Both the position numbers and the translations under genes were made by a program. The notes beneath the pieces are model-generated. The model saw nothing but the letters and a program-made list of their open reading frames with translations. It ran no database searches and was not told the origin of the DNA. Shown piece by piece: positions 1-9,697 of a DNA stretch of 64,000 bases. The stretch covers positions 192,001 to 256,000 of the forward strand of contig OZ244044.1 of NCBI GenBank assembly GCA_965215275.1, read 5' to 3'. This stretch comes from Thermodesulfobacteriota bacterium. GTDB taxonomy: Bacteria > Desulfobacterota_D > UBA1144 > Nemesobacterales > JAJCZQ01. The stretch's first letter is position 1, and every line of letters starts with the position of its first letter.

Positions 1-135
1 AGTTAGCTTTCATTGGAAAGCTGGTCCTGGGAAGGTTCAGGGTGTTTTTATAATTTATCTTTTTTACAGTAGACATTTTATGGCCGTGAACGGATCAGGC
101 GATCATAAATCATTTTGCGGAACTGTAAACCTTCC

Positions 136-477
136 TCAATTTTTTTCATTGTCAAAGAAAGTTTCAAGTCCTTCGTACAGTTCTCTGGAGAACGTCACCC
201 ATTCCTCCCATTCTTTCATATAGTTCTTTTCACTGTCAACCCGCTTTTTCAGCTTAAAGCCGATCTCGGTATATTCTATGGCAAAATTCCCGTTCTTATT
301 CAGTTTCTTCAACAGAATATCTCCATATTTTTTAAGCATACTGATAGTTTCACTGTCCGAATCCCTGATCTCAGCCACAAAATAGCCGTTTACCTGTGTT
401 GCAGGCATATCCATCTGGAGATTGCGGAATTTCGTCCTGTTCATATCGTCCGCTTTCATAGAGATCAGTATTTCCAT
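136..477 (-). CDS. Hypothetical protein (113 aa), last gene of the PDH operon
   Basis: ORF 26 nt downstream of lpdA on the same strand; no recognisable motif. Confidence 0.6.
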   Translation of the reverse strand: MEILISMKADDMNRTKFRNLQMDMPATQVNGYFVAEIRDSDSETISMLKKYGDILLKKLNKNGNFAIEYTEIGFKLKKRVDSEKNYMKEWEEWVTFSRELYEGLETFFDNEKN

Positions 478-503
478 AGAAGGTCGTCCTGTAATAAATC
501 CTG

Positions 504-1910
504 CTACTTCATAAAATGTGTACTGTTGCCGTAGAACATTTCGGCAGCTTCCATAAAGGTTTCCGTAAGCGTTGGGTGCGGATGTACGGACAGTGATATA
601 TCGGACGCTAATGTTGCCATCTCTACTCCCAGAACACCTTCAGAGATAAGTTCTCCCGCCCCTGTTCCTGCTATCCCGGCGCCAAGCAGTCGCTCGGTTT
701 TAGCATCGAAGATCATTTTTGTCAGTCCATCTGTTTTATTGAGGGTCATGGCCCTGCCTGAAGCTCCCCATGGGAACCTGGTTATTTTTACATCTATATT
801 ATTCCGTCTGGCTTCTTTCTCCGTTAACCCGCACCATGCGATCTCAGGGTCGGTAAAGACCACTGCGGGTACGGCTGCTACGTCGTATATGACGTTTTGA
901 CCGGCAATGACCTCTGCGGCCACCCTGCCCTCATGAGTGGCCTTATGGGCGAGCATGGGTTCACCTGCCACGTCCCCTACGGCGTAAATGTTCGGTTCAT
1001 ACGTTCTTTTCTGTCTGTCCGTTTCAATAAATCCCATGCTGTTCACCTTTACCTTCGTGTTCTCAAGTCCGATACCTTCGGAGTTAGGTTGCCGTCCGGT
1101 TGATATCAGCACTTTGCTGAACTGACGTTCAAACTTACCGTCATCTTTGTTCTCGAACGTAACCTTTATCCCTTTATTCGTTTTTCTGACCCCGGTCACC
1201 TTTGTACCGAGCAGGATCAAGCTAAACTCCTTTTTCAGTTTTTTATAAAGAACGCTGGACAGGTCATTATCCGCCGCTTCGATTATAGAGTCGAGCATTT
1301 CCACGACCGTTACGTTCGAACCCAGGGACGCATATACCGTACCCATCTCGAGTCCTATGTATCCCCCACCGATAACCAGGAGTTCTTCTGGCACGCTTTC
1401 AAGCGCTAAGGCACCTTCTGAGTTCATTATTTTTTTATTATCCACTTTTATTCCGGGTATGTCTGCCGGTCTGGACCCCGTGGCAATGATACAGTTCTCA
1501 AAACTGACCGTCTCTTCAGAACCGTTCTCTTTCGTAACCTTCATTGTTTTTGAACTTGTAAGGGTCGCGGTTCCACTTATATAATTGATCTTTCTTTTTT
1601 TTACCAGAAAACCGGCCCCGCTCGTCAGCCTGTTTATTATCTGCTCCTTCCACTGCACCATTTTTTTCAGATCTATGCTGGGGTCGTCGTAAGTTATGCC
1701 GATCTTTTCTGCATCTTTTGATCCGCTTAGAACGCTCGCGGCGTGAAGTAACGCCTTTGACGGGATGCATCCACGGTAAAGGCACTCACCACCTGGGTTT
1801 TTTTCACGGTCTATCAGGGTAACCCTGAGTCCCAGGTCCGCGGCCCTGAAAGCTGCTGGATATCCCCCTGGACCGGCACCTATTATGGCTAACTGTGTGT
1901 TTATGCTCAT
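504..1910 (-). CDS. lpdA: Dihydrolipoyl dehydrogenase (E3)
   Basis: GAGPGG FAD motif, redox CLYRGCIPSK, GGGYIG NAD motif, C-terminal HPHPTLTE. Confidence 0.97.
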   Translation of the reverse strand: MSINTQLAIIGAGPGGYPAAFRAADLGLRVTLIDREKNPGGECLYRGCIPSKALLHAASVLSGSKDAEKIGITYDDPSIDLKKMVQWKEQIINRLTSGAGFLVKKRKINYISGTATLTSSKTMKVTKENGSEETVSFENCIIATGSRPADIPGIKVDNKKIMNSEGALALESVPEELLVIGGGYIGLEMGTVYASLGSNVTVVEMLDSIIEAADNDLSSVLYKKLKKEFSLILLGTKVTGVRKTNKGIKVTFENKDDGKFERQFSKVLISTGRQPNSEGIGLENTKVKVNSMGFIETDRQKRTYEPNIYAVGDVAGEPMLAHKATHEGRVAAEVIAGQNVIYDVAAVPAVVFTDPEIAWCGLTEKEARRNNIDVKITRFPWGASGRAMTLNKTDGLTKMIFDAKTERLLGAGIAGTGAGELISEGVLGVEMATLASDISLSVHPHPTLTETFMEAAEMFYGNSTHFMK

Positions 1911-3295
1911 TAATGTCCTTCAAACAGTATCTTGAACGGCTCTTCAAGAGCTCTTACTATCCATCTCAGGAACTCTGCGGCTGCCACCCCATCGATTATC
2001 CTGTGGTCATAAGATAAGGACAGAGGTATCAGGAGCCTCGGTTCGAATTTTCCATCTATATGGACCGGTTCGATCTTTGACTGGGAAACCCCGAGTATCG
2101 CAACGTCCGGATAGTAAATTATCGGTGAAAAGTACGTTCCACCCACGCCTCCAAGGTTACTGACGGTAAAAGTGCTTCCCTTCAGTTCGTCCGGGGTGAT
2201 CTTTTTATTCCTTACCCGGTCCGATATCTCTGACAGTTCTGACGCGATCTCTATGATGTTCTTACGGTTAGCGTTCCTTATGTTCGGAACGAACAGCCCG
2301 CGATCAGTGTCAACGGCAAAGCCTATATTAACGAACTTCTTATAGATTATCTCATTGCGTTCCATATCTATGCTCGCGTTGAAATCCTGAAAGACCATAA
2401 GTGCCGAAGCCACGACCTTTATCAGAATAGGAGTGATGGTCAGGTTCCCACCGGCTTCCTTGGCCTTTTGTTTGTTCTTTTTCCTGAGCGCGTCCAGTTC
2501 CGTAATATCGGCCTTATCATGCTGAGTTACGTGCGGGATGGTCCAGGCCATTGCAAGGTTTTCAGCCGTAAGTCTTCTTACGGTCGTCATCTTGACCTTC
2601 TCTATTTCCCCCCATTTGGTAAAATCGGGAAGTTCTGGAAGTCTGGCCTCGTATTTTCCTCTGTGCGTGGAGGTATGTGCATCATAGGCGATTATTATGC
2701 CTTTGGCGTGGTTTATGACGTCCTCAGCCGAGATCCTGCCACCTGGACCGGTACCAGACACTTTATCTATATCAACTCCAAGCTGCCGGGCCAGCTTTCT
2801 GGTGGAAGGAGCTGCAGGGATATGGACCTTTTTGTCTGCATTGACGATCGAGAGCATATTGTCCGCCTCATTACCCGTCCCGAGGTCCTTGTCCGACTTT
2901 TTATCTGAGGGGTCTGCCTCTGCTTTCTTTGATGAAGGCTGTTTGATCTCATCTGTAATTTTTTTATTTTCTTCATCTGCTCGTTTTACCGTATCTTCCT
3001 TTGGTCTTTCCTTTTTCGTCTTTTTTTCAACAGGTGCTTTTTTACTGACCTCTGCACCTTCTCCTTCTGTGACCTTTGCTATCAGCTGTCCTATATCTAT
3101 GGTGTCCCCTACGTTTACAAGCACTTCCTGGACCGTTCCGTCATAAGGGGATGGAAGCTCAATAGCGGCCTTGTCGGTTTCTATCTCGATGACCGGTTGT
3201 TCTTTCTTTATCGTGTCTCCACGTGACACGAAGACGTTTATGACCAGGGCTTTGTCTATACCTTCACCGATCTCAGGGAGCGATATGCTGTTCAT
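1910..3295 (-). CDS. aceF: Pyruvate dehydrogenase E2, single lipoyl domain
   Basis: Lipoyl ETDKA, E3-binding GTGPGGRI, catalytic DHRIIDG; lies between aceE and lpdA. Confidence 0.95.
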   Translation of the reverse strand: MNSISLPEIGEGIDKALVINVFVSRGDTIKKEQPVIEIETDKAAIELPSPYDGTVQEVLVNVGDTIDIGQLIAKVTEGEGAEVSKKAPVEKKTKKERPKEDTVKRADEENKKITDEIKQPSSKKAEADPSDKKSDKDLGTGNEADNMLSIVNADKKVHIPAAPSTRKLARQLGVDIDKVSGTGPGGRISAEDVINHAKGIIIAYDAHTSTHRGKYEARLPELPDFTKWGEIEKVKMTTVRRLTAENLAMAWTIPHVTQHDKADITELDALRKKNKQKAKEAGGNLTITPILIKVVASALMVFQDFNASIDMERNEIIYKKFVNIGFAVDTDRGLFVPNIRNANRKNIIEIASELSEISDRVRNKKITPDELKGSTFTVSNLGGVGGTYFSPIIYYPDVAILGVSQSKIEPVHIDGKFEPRLLIPLSLSYDHRIIDGVAAAEFLRWIVRALEEPFKILFEGH

Positions 3296-3304
3296 TAAAG
3301 TTCC

Positions 3305-5992
3305 TCATACGAACAATGGATTTGATTTATTAACATCTATTTTAAACTGCTTCTTGGCTTTATTCAGTAATTTCTTATCGATAATTCCCTTTTTATAGAG
3401 CTCTGCCAGGCTCGAGTACGCTATATGTTCCGCATTTACCTCAAAATGGTACCTGAGCATTTCTCTGTTGTCGCTTCTGCCAAAACCGTCCGTGCCAAGC
3501 GTTACGAGCGGCTTGGGAAACCACTTTGAGACGGTATAGGGCACTGCTTTTATATAATCACACACTGCAACGTATATACCGCTGTCGTTATTATCGAAAC
3601 ATCTTTCGATGTAGTTCTTTTTACGCTTTTTCCCCGCGTTCAGGATGTTCCATCTGTCCGTGTCCTGCGCATCTTTATAGAGTTCCTTGTAGCTCGTGAC
3701 GCTCCAGACGTCCGTGGTGATCCCGTATTGCGTCTCCAGTATTTTAGAAGCCCTTATCACTTCATTTAAAACGCCGCCACTTCCCAGAAGGTTTACGTGC
3801 CTTTCAGGGTCTCTTTCCGGACTTTCTTTAAAGCGGTACATACCTTTGATGATCCCTTCCTCTACGCCTTCCGGCATTGCCGGCTGTTCATATATTTCAT
3901 TCAGCAGCGTTACGTAATAGAAAACGTCTTCATACTCCATGTACATACGCCTGATACCGTCCTTGATGATAACCGCAAGTTCGTAAGCGTAAGCAGGATC
4001 ATACGCTATTATCGTAGGATAGGAAAAAGCGTAATGATGGCTGTTGCCATCCTGATGCTGCAGTCCCTCGCCGGCAAACGAACTCCTGCCGGAAGTGCAT
4101 CCGATAAAGAACCCTTTACATTTCATATCCGACCCCGCCCAGATAAGGTCCCCTACCCTCTGAAAGCCGAACATCGAATAGAACGTGAAAAAAGGGATGG
4201 TATTTACACCATGGGTCGCATAGGCGGTGCCGGCAGCTATGAACGATGAGAATGCCCCTGCTTCGGTTATTCCTTCTTCCAGTATCTGTCCATCCGTTGC
4301 TTCTTTGTAATAAAGGAAAGTATCAGAATCCACTGGCTCGTAAACCTGTCCCACATGGGAATATATACCTGCCTGTCTGAAAAGGGATTCCATACCGAAC
4401 GACCTTGCTTCATCAGGGATGATAGGTACTATCAGCTTTCCGATCTCCTTGTCCCTCAGGAGTTTTGAAAGCAGTCTTACATAAGCCATGGTGGTTGCTG
4501 CACCTCTGCCACCGGAACCTTTGTAGAATTCGTCAAATACCGTCTCATCATATCCTTTTATGGGCTGTCCCAGCACTTTTCTTGCAGGCAGATAGCCTCC
4601 GAGTTTTTCCCTTTGCTGTTTTAGATATTCGACTTCAGGACTGTCATCGTCCGGTTTGTAGAACGGTGCTCTGGCAACGTCTTCATCTGATATTGGTATA
4701 CTGAAACGCGTTCTGAACTCCTTAAGTTCCTCTTCGTTCAGTTTTTTCTGATTATGAGTAACGTTCCTGCCTTCTCCAGCCTCTCCCAGTCCATATCCCT
4801 TTATCGTTTTTGCAAGTATGACCGTTGGCTCTCCTTTATGTCCGGTGGCCTCTTTATATGCCGCATACACCTTTTCACTGTCATGTCCGCCTCTTCTCAG
4901 CTTTTCAAGTTCGTAGTCCGAATACGTTCTCACGAGGTCTTTCAGCTTCGGATGGGTCCCGAAAAAATGTTCCCTTATGTATGCACCGTCTTCAACTATG
5001 TACTTCTGATAGTCACCGTCCACGGCACTTTCCATCCTTTGAACGAGCAGTCCATCTTCATCTTTTTCCAAAAGAGGGTCCCAGTCGTCACCCCATATCA
5101 GCTTGATGACGTTCCACCCTGCGCCTCTGAATATCCTTTCGAGCTCCTGTATTATCTTTCCATTTCCTCTGACGGGACCGTCCAGTCTTTGCAGATTGCA
5201 GTTCACTACGAATATCAGATTGTCAAGACTTTCTCTTGACGCAAGGGTTATTGCCCCAAGGGATTCAGGTTCATCGGTCTCACCATCTCCCATGAAAACC
5301 CAGACCTTGCTGTCTATATTCTTTTTTAATCCCCTGTCTTCAAGATATCTGTTGAACCTTGCCTGATAGATCGCCATGATCGGAGAAAGTCCCATGGAGA
5401 CGGTGGGGATCTCCCAGAAATCCGGCATAAGCCATGGATGTGGATATGAGGACAGCCCGGCACCATGGGTCAGTTCTTTTCTGTAGTTCCTGATCTGCTT
5501 GACCGTGATCCTTCCCTCAAGGAAAGCACGGGCGTATATACCCGGAGCGGCATGCCCTTGAAAATAAACTATATCTCCATCCTGATTTTCGTTACTGGCT
5601 TTCAGGAAGTGATGGAACGCCACTTCGAACAAAGTAGCACAGGAAGCGTAAGTGGAGATATGACCTCCTATACCTTCATCGTTCCTGTTGGCCCTCACGA
5701 CCATTGCCATCGCGTTCCACCTTATGATGTTCCTGATCCTTCGCTCTATATCTGTATTCCCTGGATACTTGGGCTGTTTACTGAAGGGAATTGTATTTAT
5801 ATAAGGCGTGTTGGCGGTATAAGGTACTGCTATGCCCGCTTTTTGCGAGTATATCTGAAGATTTCTCAGTAACTTTTGGACCCTGGCGTGTCCAGAGGTC
5901 TTGAGAACGGCCTCCAGGGATTCTATCCACTCCCTGTCTTCTGTTTCTTCTTGATGTTCCACACTTTCGTCTTTTTGGTATGACATGGACAT
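3305..5992 (-). CDS. aceE: Pyruvate dehydrogenase E1, homodimeric type
   Basis: GGHISTYAS, LSSYPHPWLMP, GDGETDEPES TPP motif, GEGLQHQDG. Confidence 0.97.
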   Translation of the reverse strand: MSMSYQKDESVEHQEETEDREWIESLEAVLKTSGHARVQKLLRNLQIYSQKAGIAVPYTANTPYINTIPFSKQPKYPGNTDIERRIRNIIRWNAMAMVVRANRNDEGIGGHISTYASCATLFEVAFHHFLKASNENQDGDIVYFQGHAAPGIYARAFLEGRITVKQIRNYRKELTHGAGLSSYPHPWLMPDFWEIPTVSMGLSPIMAIYQARFNRYLEDRGLKKNIDSKVWVFMGDGETDEPESLGAITLASRESLDNLIFVVNCNLQRLDGPVRGNGKIIQELERIFRGAGWNVIKLIWGDDWDPLLEKDEDGLLVQRMESAVDGDYQKYIVEDGAYIREHFFGTHPKLKDLVRTYSDYELEKLRRGGHDSEKVYAAYKEATGHKGEPTVILAKTIKGYGLGEAGEGRNVTHNQKKLNEEELKEFRTRFSIPISDEDVARAPFYKPDDDSPEVEYLKQQREKLGGYLPARKVLGQPIKGYDETVFDEFYKGSGGRGAATTMAYVRLLSKLLRDKEIGKLIVPIIPDEARSFGMESLFRQAGIYSHVGQVYEPVDSDTFLYYKEATDGQILEEGITEAGAFSSFIAAGTAYATHGVNTIPFFTFYSMFGFQRVGDLIWAGSDMKCKGFFIGCTSGRSSFAGEGLQHQDGNSHHYAFSYPTIIAYDPAYAYELAVIIKDGIRRMYMEYEDVFYYVTLLNEIYEQPAMPEGVEEGIIKGMYRFKESPERDPERHVNLLGSGGVLNEVIRASKILETQYGITTDVWSVTSYKELYKDAQDTDRWNILNAGKKRKKNYIERCFDNNDSGIYVAVCDYIKAVPYTVSKWFPKPLVTLGTDGFGRSDNREMLRYHFEVNAEHIAYSSLAELYKKGIIDKKLLNKAKKQFKIDVNKSNPLFV

Positions 5993-6097
5993 TTCTCTTC
6001 AGCAATTTTAATCAATAGTGAAAAAAGTAAAAGGTTTATAATGAACGTAATATAGTTATATAAGGGAATTATAGTGAATAGTTGACAGGAAGAAAAA

Positions 6098-6126
6098 TTG
6101 AAAACGGGTCAGAAAATGGGTAATAT
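6098..6126 (+). promoter_or_regulatory. Putative sigma70 promoter of tnpB1 (leaderless)
   Basis: TTGAAA-17nt-TAATAT, 6 nt before ATG 6133; no SD. Confidence 0.5.
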
Positions 6127-6132
6127 TATAGC

Positions 6133-7347
6133 ATGGTTAGAACGATCACAAGAACTGTAAAGGCAGATAGTGTTTTTCATAAAAGGCTGGATGAATTCTT
6201 ACAACAGCTTACCGACCTGTATAACGGAGCTTTATATCACAGATTAAGATCTTATGACTGGTATGAAAAAACTATCTCTAAATACGAACAGTTTAACGAA
6301 CTAACTGAGGTCCGAGAGCAAGACAAGGAATTTGAAAAGTTTAATGTTGTAGCTCAAAGAAGCGTTCTGGAAAGACTGGATAATGCATATAGTCCTTATT
6401 TGAACTATTTAAAGAATAAAAAAGCAGGAAAGAAGGTGGGCAGACCAAAATACAAAGGTCCAAACAGACCTGTCAGAAGTTTTGAAACAAACAATTATAA
6501 AAACATTGAAAAGATCGGCAGAAGAACGTATTTAACGATAAAGGGACTTGGCAGATTATCTTTCAAAGGTTCTATGCCTGATGGAGTTGTTTTAAAACAA
6601 CCTAAAACAACAATAAGGATAGTTAAAACTGCTATAAGGATAAAGATCCAGTTTCTATGTGAGTTTACCAGCGAAAAGAAAAGACCTATGGACAGGTCCA
6701 TAGGGATCGATCTTGGAATTATAAACAGAATGGCTTTTTCAGATGGAACTAAAATACCAGGAGTTCGGTTGAACAGAAAGGAACTGAAAAGAAAGCAGAG
6801 AATTGTTTCAAGAGCGGTAAAAGGTTCTGACAGCAGAAAGAAGAAAGTTTTATCGTTAGCAAAGGAATGGGAACGAACTACCGATCGTGAAAATAACGCT
6901 ATACACAGAATGACTACCGAAATAGTAAAAAAGAACAATCATATAAAGTTGGAGGATTTAAAGATCCAAAATATGGTAAAAAATCCTTATTTAGCAAGAA
7001 GTGTAACGGAACAGCAATGGGGGAAGATTAAAACCCAACTTGACTACAAAGCCGAGATAGCTGGAGGCAAGTTAGTTTTAGTTAATTCCCATTATACAAC
7101 AATGACCTGTTCTGAATGCGGAAAGGTAAATCCAAAACTGCCTTTGTCTGAAAGAGTATTTAACTGTATATATTGCGGTTATTCAGAAGACAGGGATATA
7201 AATGCAGGTAAAAATATCAATACTCTTAATGAAGGAGACTTCATATCGGGTGGGAATAAGGTAGAAATACTCCCGATGAGTGCTAAGAGTATCAGATCAA
7301 AAGAGAACAGGGATAGAGGAACTCTGCACTCAGAACAGTACGAGTAG
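6133..7347 (+). CDS. tnpB: RNA-guided endonuclease TnpB
   Basis: GRPKYK, RuvC-I GIDLG, RuvC-II LEDL, zinc finger CSEC...CIYC, RuvC-III DRDINA; D-E-D triad intact. Confidence 0.95.
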   Translation: MVRTITRTVKADSVFHKRLDEFLQQLTDLYNGALYHRLRSYDWYEKTISKYEQFNELTEVREQDKEFEKFNVVAQRSVLERLDNAYSPYLNYLKNKKAGKKVGRPKYKGPNRPVRSFETNNYKNIEKIGRRTYLTIKGLGRLSFKGSMPDGVVLKQPKTTIRIVKTAIRIKIQFLCEFTSEKKRPMDRSIGIDLGIINRMAFSDGTKIPGVRLNRKELKRKQRIVSRAVKGSDSRKKKVLSLAKEWERTTDRENNAIHRMTTEIVKKNNHIKLEDLKIQNMVKNPYLARSVTEQQWGKIKTQLDYKAEIAGGKLVLVNSHYTTMTCSECGKVNPKLPLSERVFNCIYCGYSEDRDINAGKNINTLNEGDFISGGNKVEILPMSAKSIRSKENRDRGTLHSEQYE

Positions 7348-7396
7348 TTGTTTGTCAACTATTCACTATAATTCCCTTACATAAGTAATGCCAATG
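7241..7396 (+). ncRNA. Predicted omega-RNA of tnpB1 (scaffold to 7376, guide about 7377-7396)
   Basis: Stems ATCGGG/CCCGAT, GAGTGC/GCACTC with AGAGT/ACTCT, and GAGTAGTTG/CAACTATTC; loop GGGAAT complementary to terminal ATTCCC; boundaries inferred. Confidence 0.6.
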
Positions 7397-7466
7397 GCAG
7401 AAAAACCATGTAATATATACCTGATTCATTATTGACCAGAATAATGATACATATGATATTAATCCT

Positions 7467-8897
7467 ATGAAAAAATTCGACCTGACTATTATCGGTTCCG
7501 GACCGGGTGGGTATATAGCAGGAATTCGTGCTGCACAGCTTGGTATGAACGTTGCGGTAATTGAACGTGACAAACCTGGTGGGGTCTGTCTGAACTGGGG
7601 CTGTATACCTTCTAAAGCGATACTTAAATGTGCAGAAGTTTACAACTATATTATCAGTTCGGAAAATTACGGTATTAAAGCGGACGGGGTTTCGTACGAC
7701 TACTCAAAAGTAGTAGATAAAAGCCAAAATGCATCATCGACCTTGAACAAAGGTGTTGAGTTCCTGCTTAAAAAGAACAACGTCACCCTGTTCAAAGGGG
7801 TCGGAAAGATCGTAAAGGAAGATCAGATAGCCGTTCTTAACAAGGAAAGCACTGAGATCCATTCGGATAAGGTCCTTATAGCTACCGGCTCGGTACCAAG
7901 AACGATCCCCGGTCTGGAAATAGACGGCAAAATAGTTATGACCAGTGATGAAGCGATCAGACACCGCGAAGTTCCCAGATCCGTTGTAATTATAGGCGGT
8001 GGTTATATAGGAGTGGAATTTGCCTACGTTTATAACTCTTTCGGCAGTAAAGTTACGATCGTTGAAATGGAAAAGAACATTATTCCAGGGGCTGATGAGG
8101 AAGTCGCACAGGAACTGCGGAAGATCTTTAAAAAACAAGGGATAGAGGTACTTACTGAAACTAAATACAGGTCTGTCAAAAAGCAGAAGACATCCGCTAC
8201 CGTAACGGTCGAGAACGTACGCTCAGGTGAGGAAAAAAATATAAAAGCTTCGTTGGTGTTGGTTGCAATTGGGCGGAGAGCAGTTGCAAATGCTTCCCCG
8301 TCTTCTTTCAGTTATTACGGAAAGAAGGAAAGTCTTGGGCTTGAAGAGATCGGCGTTGAGCTCAGTGATGACGGTTTTATCAAGGTCGATAAGGATTATA
8401 TGACGACTAAAAACAATATCTATGCCATTGGCGACGTCATAGGTCCCCCTCTGCTGGCACATAAAGCCTCCGAAGAAGGTGTTGCGGCGGTAGAGATCAT
8501 GAACGGGATCAAAAGCAAGGTTCACTATAACAAGATACCGGGCTGCGTTTATTGTCAGCCCGAAGTAAGTACCCTCGGTCTTACCGAAAAACAGGTAAAG
8601 GAACAGGGTTTTGACTACACGGTCGGGAAATTTCCGTTCAAGGCCGCAGGAAAAGCCGTTGCCGTAGGTGATACAGATGGATTTGTAAAGATCCTGTCTG
8701 ACAAAAGGACCGGCGAGATACTCGGAGCTCATATCATAGGACATGGAGCCACGGAACTGATAGCAGAACTTGGCCTGGCGTCTTCCCTTGAAGCCACGCC
8801 CCTTGAGATCTCATACACCTCTCATGCTCACCCTACTCTTTCTGAAGCGATCATGGAAGCTGCACTGGGAGCGTTAGGAAGAACGCGCAATTTCTGA
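7467..8897 (+). CDS. lpdA: Dihydrolipoyl dehydrogenase (second paralog)
   Basis: GSGPGG, CLNWGCIPSK, HAHPTLSE. Confidence 0.96.
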   Translation: MKKFDLTIIGSGPGGYIAGIRAAQLGMNVAVIERDKPGGVCLNWGCIPSKAILKCAEVYNYIISSENYGIKADGVSYDYSKVVDKSQNASSTLNKGVEFLLKKNNVTLFKGVGKIVKEDQIAVLNKESTEIHSDKVLIATGSVPRTIPGLEIDGKIVMTSDEAIRHREVPRSVVIIGGGYIGVEFAYVYNSFGSKVTIVEMEKNIIPGADEEVAQELRKIFKKQGIEVLTETKYRSVKKQKTSATVTVENVRSGEEKNIKASLVLVAIGRRAVANASPSSFSYYGKKESLGLEEIGVELSDDGFIKVDKDYMTTKNNIYAIGDVIGPPLLAHKASEEGVAAVEIMNGIKSKVHYNKIPGCVYCQPEVSTLGLTEKQVKEQGFDYTVGKFPFKAAGKAVAVGDTDGFVKILSDKRTGEILGAHIIGHGATELIAELGLASSLEATPLEISYTSHAHPTLSEAIMEAALGALGRTRNF

Positions 8898-8926
8898 ACA
8901 TCCTGCCGTTCAAGTCGTTTACTGCC

Positions 8927-9601
8927 ATGAGCACGCTTGATATATACCACCTTGGAACGATCAGTTACAAGGATGCCATGGATATACAGTTCAAGCTGCT
9001 CGAAAAGAGGATCAATAAAGAGATAAACGACTCTCTTTTACTGCTTGAGCATCCATCAACGATCACAATTGGCAGAAGCGGTAAAAGATCCAATCTTCTT
9101 ATTTCCGACAGTTATTTAAAAAGCAGAAATATAGAATTTTTTGAAACGAACAGAGGTGGGGACATAACGTTCCATGGTCCGGGACAGATCGTATGCTACC
9201 CGATCATAGACCTGGATGATCGCACAAAGGACGTTCATAAGTATATAAGGGATTTGGAAGAAATAATTATAGAGACCCTTAAGGAATTTGACGTTGAAGG
9301 GCAGAGGATCGATGGACTGACCGGAGTATGGACGAAGGGGTGCAAGGTCGCGTCTATTGGAGTGGGTATAAGAAGATGGACCACCTATCATGGGTTTGCC
9401 ATTAATGTAAATACTGACCTTGATCTTTTTGATCTTATAATCCCATGTGGAATTGCTGACGTTGAAATGACCTCTATAAAACGCTGTAATGACCTTGAAG
9501 ACAAAATAGAGATGGATTCCGTCTGTAAGATCATTATTGAAAAGTTCATTAACGAGTTTAAGTATCTTGAAACAGAGGAAAAAACGTTAGTTACTGACTG
9601 A
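8927..9601 (+). CDS. lipB: Lipoyl(octanoyl) transferase
   Basis: LEHP, RGGDITFHGPGQ, KVASIG, HGFAIN, IIPCG. Confidence 0.96.
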   Translation: MSTLDIYHLGTISYKDAMDIQFKLLEKRINKEINDSLLLLEHPSTITIGRSGKRSNLLISDSYLKSRNIEFFETNRGGDITFHGPGQIVCYPIIDLDDRTKDVHKYIRDLEEIIIETLKEFDVEGQRIDGLTGVWTKGCKVASIGVGIRRWTTYHGFAINVNTDLDLFDLIIPCGIADVEMTSIKRCNDLEDKIEMDSVCKIIIEKFINEFKYLETEEKTLVTD

Positions 9602-9697
9602 AACGACCCTGTCTAAGGCAAATTTCTCTTCCCTGTGCTCTCTATACTTCCTGCACAAATAATCTAACCTATACATACTAATGAAAGCACATTGTTG

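Larger units (their letters stand above)
6064..7376 (+). mobile_element. Non-autonomous TIR-bounded element 1 (1313 bp) carrying only tnpB
   Basis: Perfect 24-bp TIRs GGGAATTATAGTGAATAGTTGACA (6064-6087; reverse complement at 7353-7376); flanking 8-mers TTATATAA (6056-6063) and TTACATAA (7377-7384) match 7/8. Confidence 0.9.

Noticed and set aside
7353..7376. Alternative model: IS605-type right end at TGTCAA, with the TIR as a self-targeting guide, or an IS605 element inserted into a MITE
   Set aside because: Element 2 has no TCAA at the equivalent position, and both elements show loop GGGAA pairing with the terminal TTCCC; disfavoured but not excluded without RNA data
6056..7384. Apparent 32-bp inverted repeat around tnpB1
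   Set aside because: The outer 8 bp are the palindromic TSD TTATATAA; comparison with element 2 puts the TIR at 24 bp starting GGG
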